Below, one piece after another: positions 63,420-64,000 of a stretch of 64,000 nt of DNA. How positions within the stretch are numbered: position 1 is the stretch's first letter; every line of letters starts with the position of its first letter. A program made the position numbers and the translations under genes. The notes beneath the pieces are model-generated. The model had not been told where the DNA came from. It saw only the letters and a program-made list of their open reading frames with translations, and ran no database searches. This stretch comes from Clostridiales bacterium DTU069 (lineage in GTDB: Bacteria > Bacillota > Clostridia > DSM-8532), in assembly GCA_001512485.1 (NCBI GenBank), contig LFRV01000074.1, positions 38,774 to 102,773 on the forward strand. Direction: 5' to 3'.

Positions 63420-63448
63420 ATATAAACACAGAAAATTTTTTGTGTCAA
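63420..63448 (-). promoter_or_regulatory. Candidate sigma-A promoter of the GH10 enzyme gene (TTGACA-17-TTATAT)
   Basis: A perfect -35 and a 5/6 -10 at 17-nt spacing imply a ~235-nt 5' leader. Confidence 0.45.
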
Positions 63449-63642
63449 TATATTTTATACATATTTCCCAGATATTTCTATGGGCCCTTTTGTTTATTTA
63501 ACTTGGACAGGGCTTGTTTTTTTAGGCTGACATCTATTCTCTTATAGAAATGCTTTTGACTTTTAAAATGTTTATCGTCTAAATATTCAGGGAAATGCAT
63601 GTAATGAACAGGTAAACAAAGAAGGGCATTATAAACTGATTA

Positions 63643-64000
63643 TTACAGGGGTTTTTGAGCTTCATATATCTGTTTCAATATTAAGGCGTCTTCGGCCATC
63701 CTGTCTCTTGACTCGCATATGATTACGGGTTCCGCCTTCCTTTCGGCAAGTACTTTTGCCAAAGGTTCAAAATCCGGACCGTATTCCGTATCCTCAATTG
63801 TGTGATGTCTTCTTTCGCCCGCATCGGTAAACTCAATACGGCTGAAGTGAATGTGGATCTTATTGGTTCTATCCTTTCCAAGCGAATTTTCAAGAGTATT
63901 AAAAATATGCCGGTAATCATCGATGGTTTTCAGTCTTCCGAGGCTTCGCGCATAAACATGGCCGAAATCGACACAAGGAATCATTGATTCATCCAAACCG
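63643..64000 (-). CDS. C-terminal part of a xylose-isomerase-like TIM-barrel protein (endonuclease IV-like family); 5' end lies outside the window
   Basis: The frame is open to the window edge. DFGHVYARSLG...IHIHFSRIEFTDAGERRHH...VIICESRDRMAEDAL resembles the metal-binding C-terminal half of AP-endonuclease 2 / TIM-barrel proteins. Confidence 0.5.
   Translation of the reverse strand, partial: GLDESMIPCVDFGHVYARSLGRLKTIDDYRHIFNTLENSLGKDRTNKIHIHFSRIEFTDAGERRHHTIEDTEYGPDFEPLAKVLAERKAEPVIICESRDRMAEDALILKQIYEAQKPL

Noticed and set aside
63484-63523. An orphan plus-strand terminator-like element (GCCCT-20 nt-AGGGC, then TTGTTTTTTT), which might indicate an sRNA
   Set aside because: The stem is only 5 bp with a 20-nt loop. 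The candidate plus-strand promoter (CTGACA-16-TATAGT, about 63350-63377) is weak. The evidence is insufficient without RNA data.
1-64000. Searched for rRNA, tRNA, transposase/integrase, prophage, toxin-antitoxin pairs, restriction-modification or other defence genes
   Set aside because: No ORF or intergenic segment shows the corresponding signatures. Apart from the repeats noted above, the window looks like core chromosome plus a carbohydrate-utilisation and surface-protein accessory segment.

Overview
Chromosomal window from an endospore-forming, flagellated, plant-polysaccharide-degrading Clostridia-type Firmicute. All but three of 62 called genes (SASP, rpsT, MCP) lie on the minus strand. 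Blocks: (i) 18-15563: the promoter-proximal part of a B. subtilis-like fla operon (flgB flgC fliE fliF fliG fliH fliI fliJ ylxF-like fliK flgD orf flgE flbD fliL fliM fliY). (ii) 16.0-36.3 kb: sporulation and housekeeping genes (alpha/beta SASP, ytfJ/ytfI-like, scpAB, trpS, M50 protease, dgkA, ybeY, pgpH, phoH, yqfD, yqfC, pdaA-like, two DUF881, HD-GYP, ligA, Amidase_3, gpr, rpsT, one unknown). (iii) 36.4-41.6 kb: spoIIIAA-AH. (iv) efp, aroQ, nfnAB-like. (v) 45.7-53.0 kb: GPH symporter, GH36 alpha-galactosidase, GH13 alpha-glucosidase, ANT(6)-like nucleotidyltransferase, Tam-like methyltransferase. (vi) a dCache methyl-accepting chemotaxis protein. (vii) 55.4-63.2 kb: three consecutive genes for a 1474-aa CBM-GH10-esterase-cohesin-Big2x2-dockerin enzyme, an Fn3x3-cohesin-dockerin adaptor and a cohesin-SLH anchor. 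I saw no rRNA, tRNA, CRISPR, transposase or integrase. The best candidates for something undescribed are the self-contained cohesin/dockerin/SLH surface-assembly cluster, in which the enzyme itself carries a cohesin; a REP-like GGGACA-N7-TGTCCC palindrome family, with three phased copies upstream of the nfnAB promoter and one inverted copy in the aroQ-efp gap; a segment flanked by 27-bp direct repeats that encodes a 50-aa hydrophobic peptide where Firmicutes normally carry an Xaa-Pro aminopeptidase gene; and an unrecognisable tail-anchored protein preceded by a perfect sigma-D -10 box. All functional calls rest on motif recognition by eye. No database search was run.
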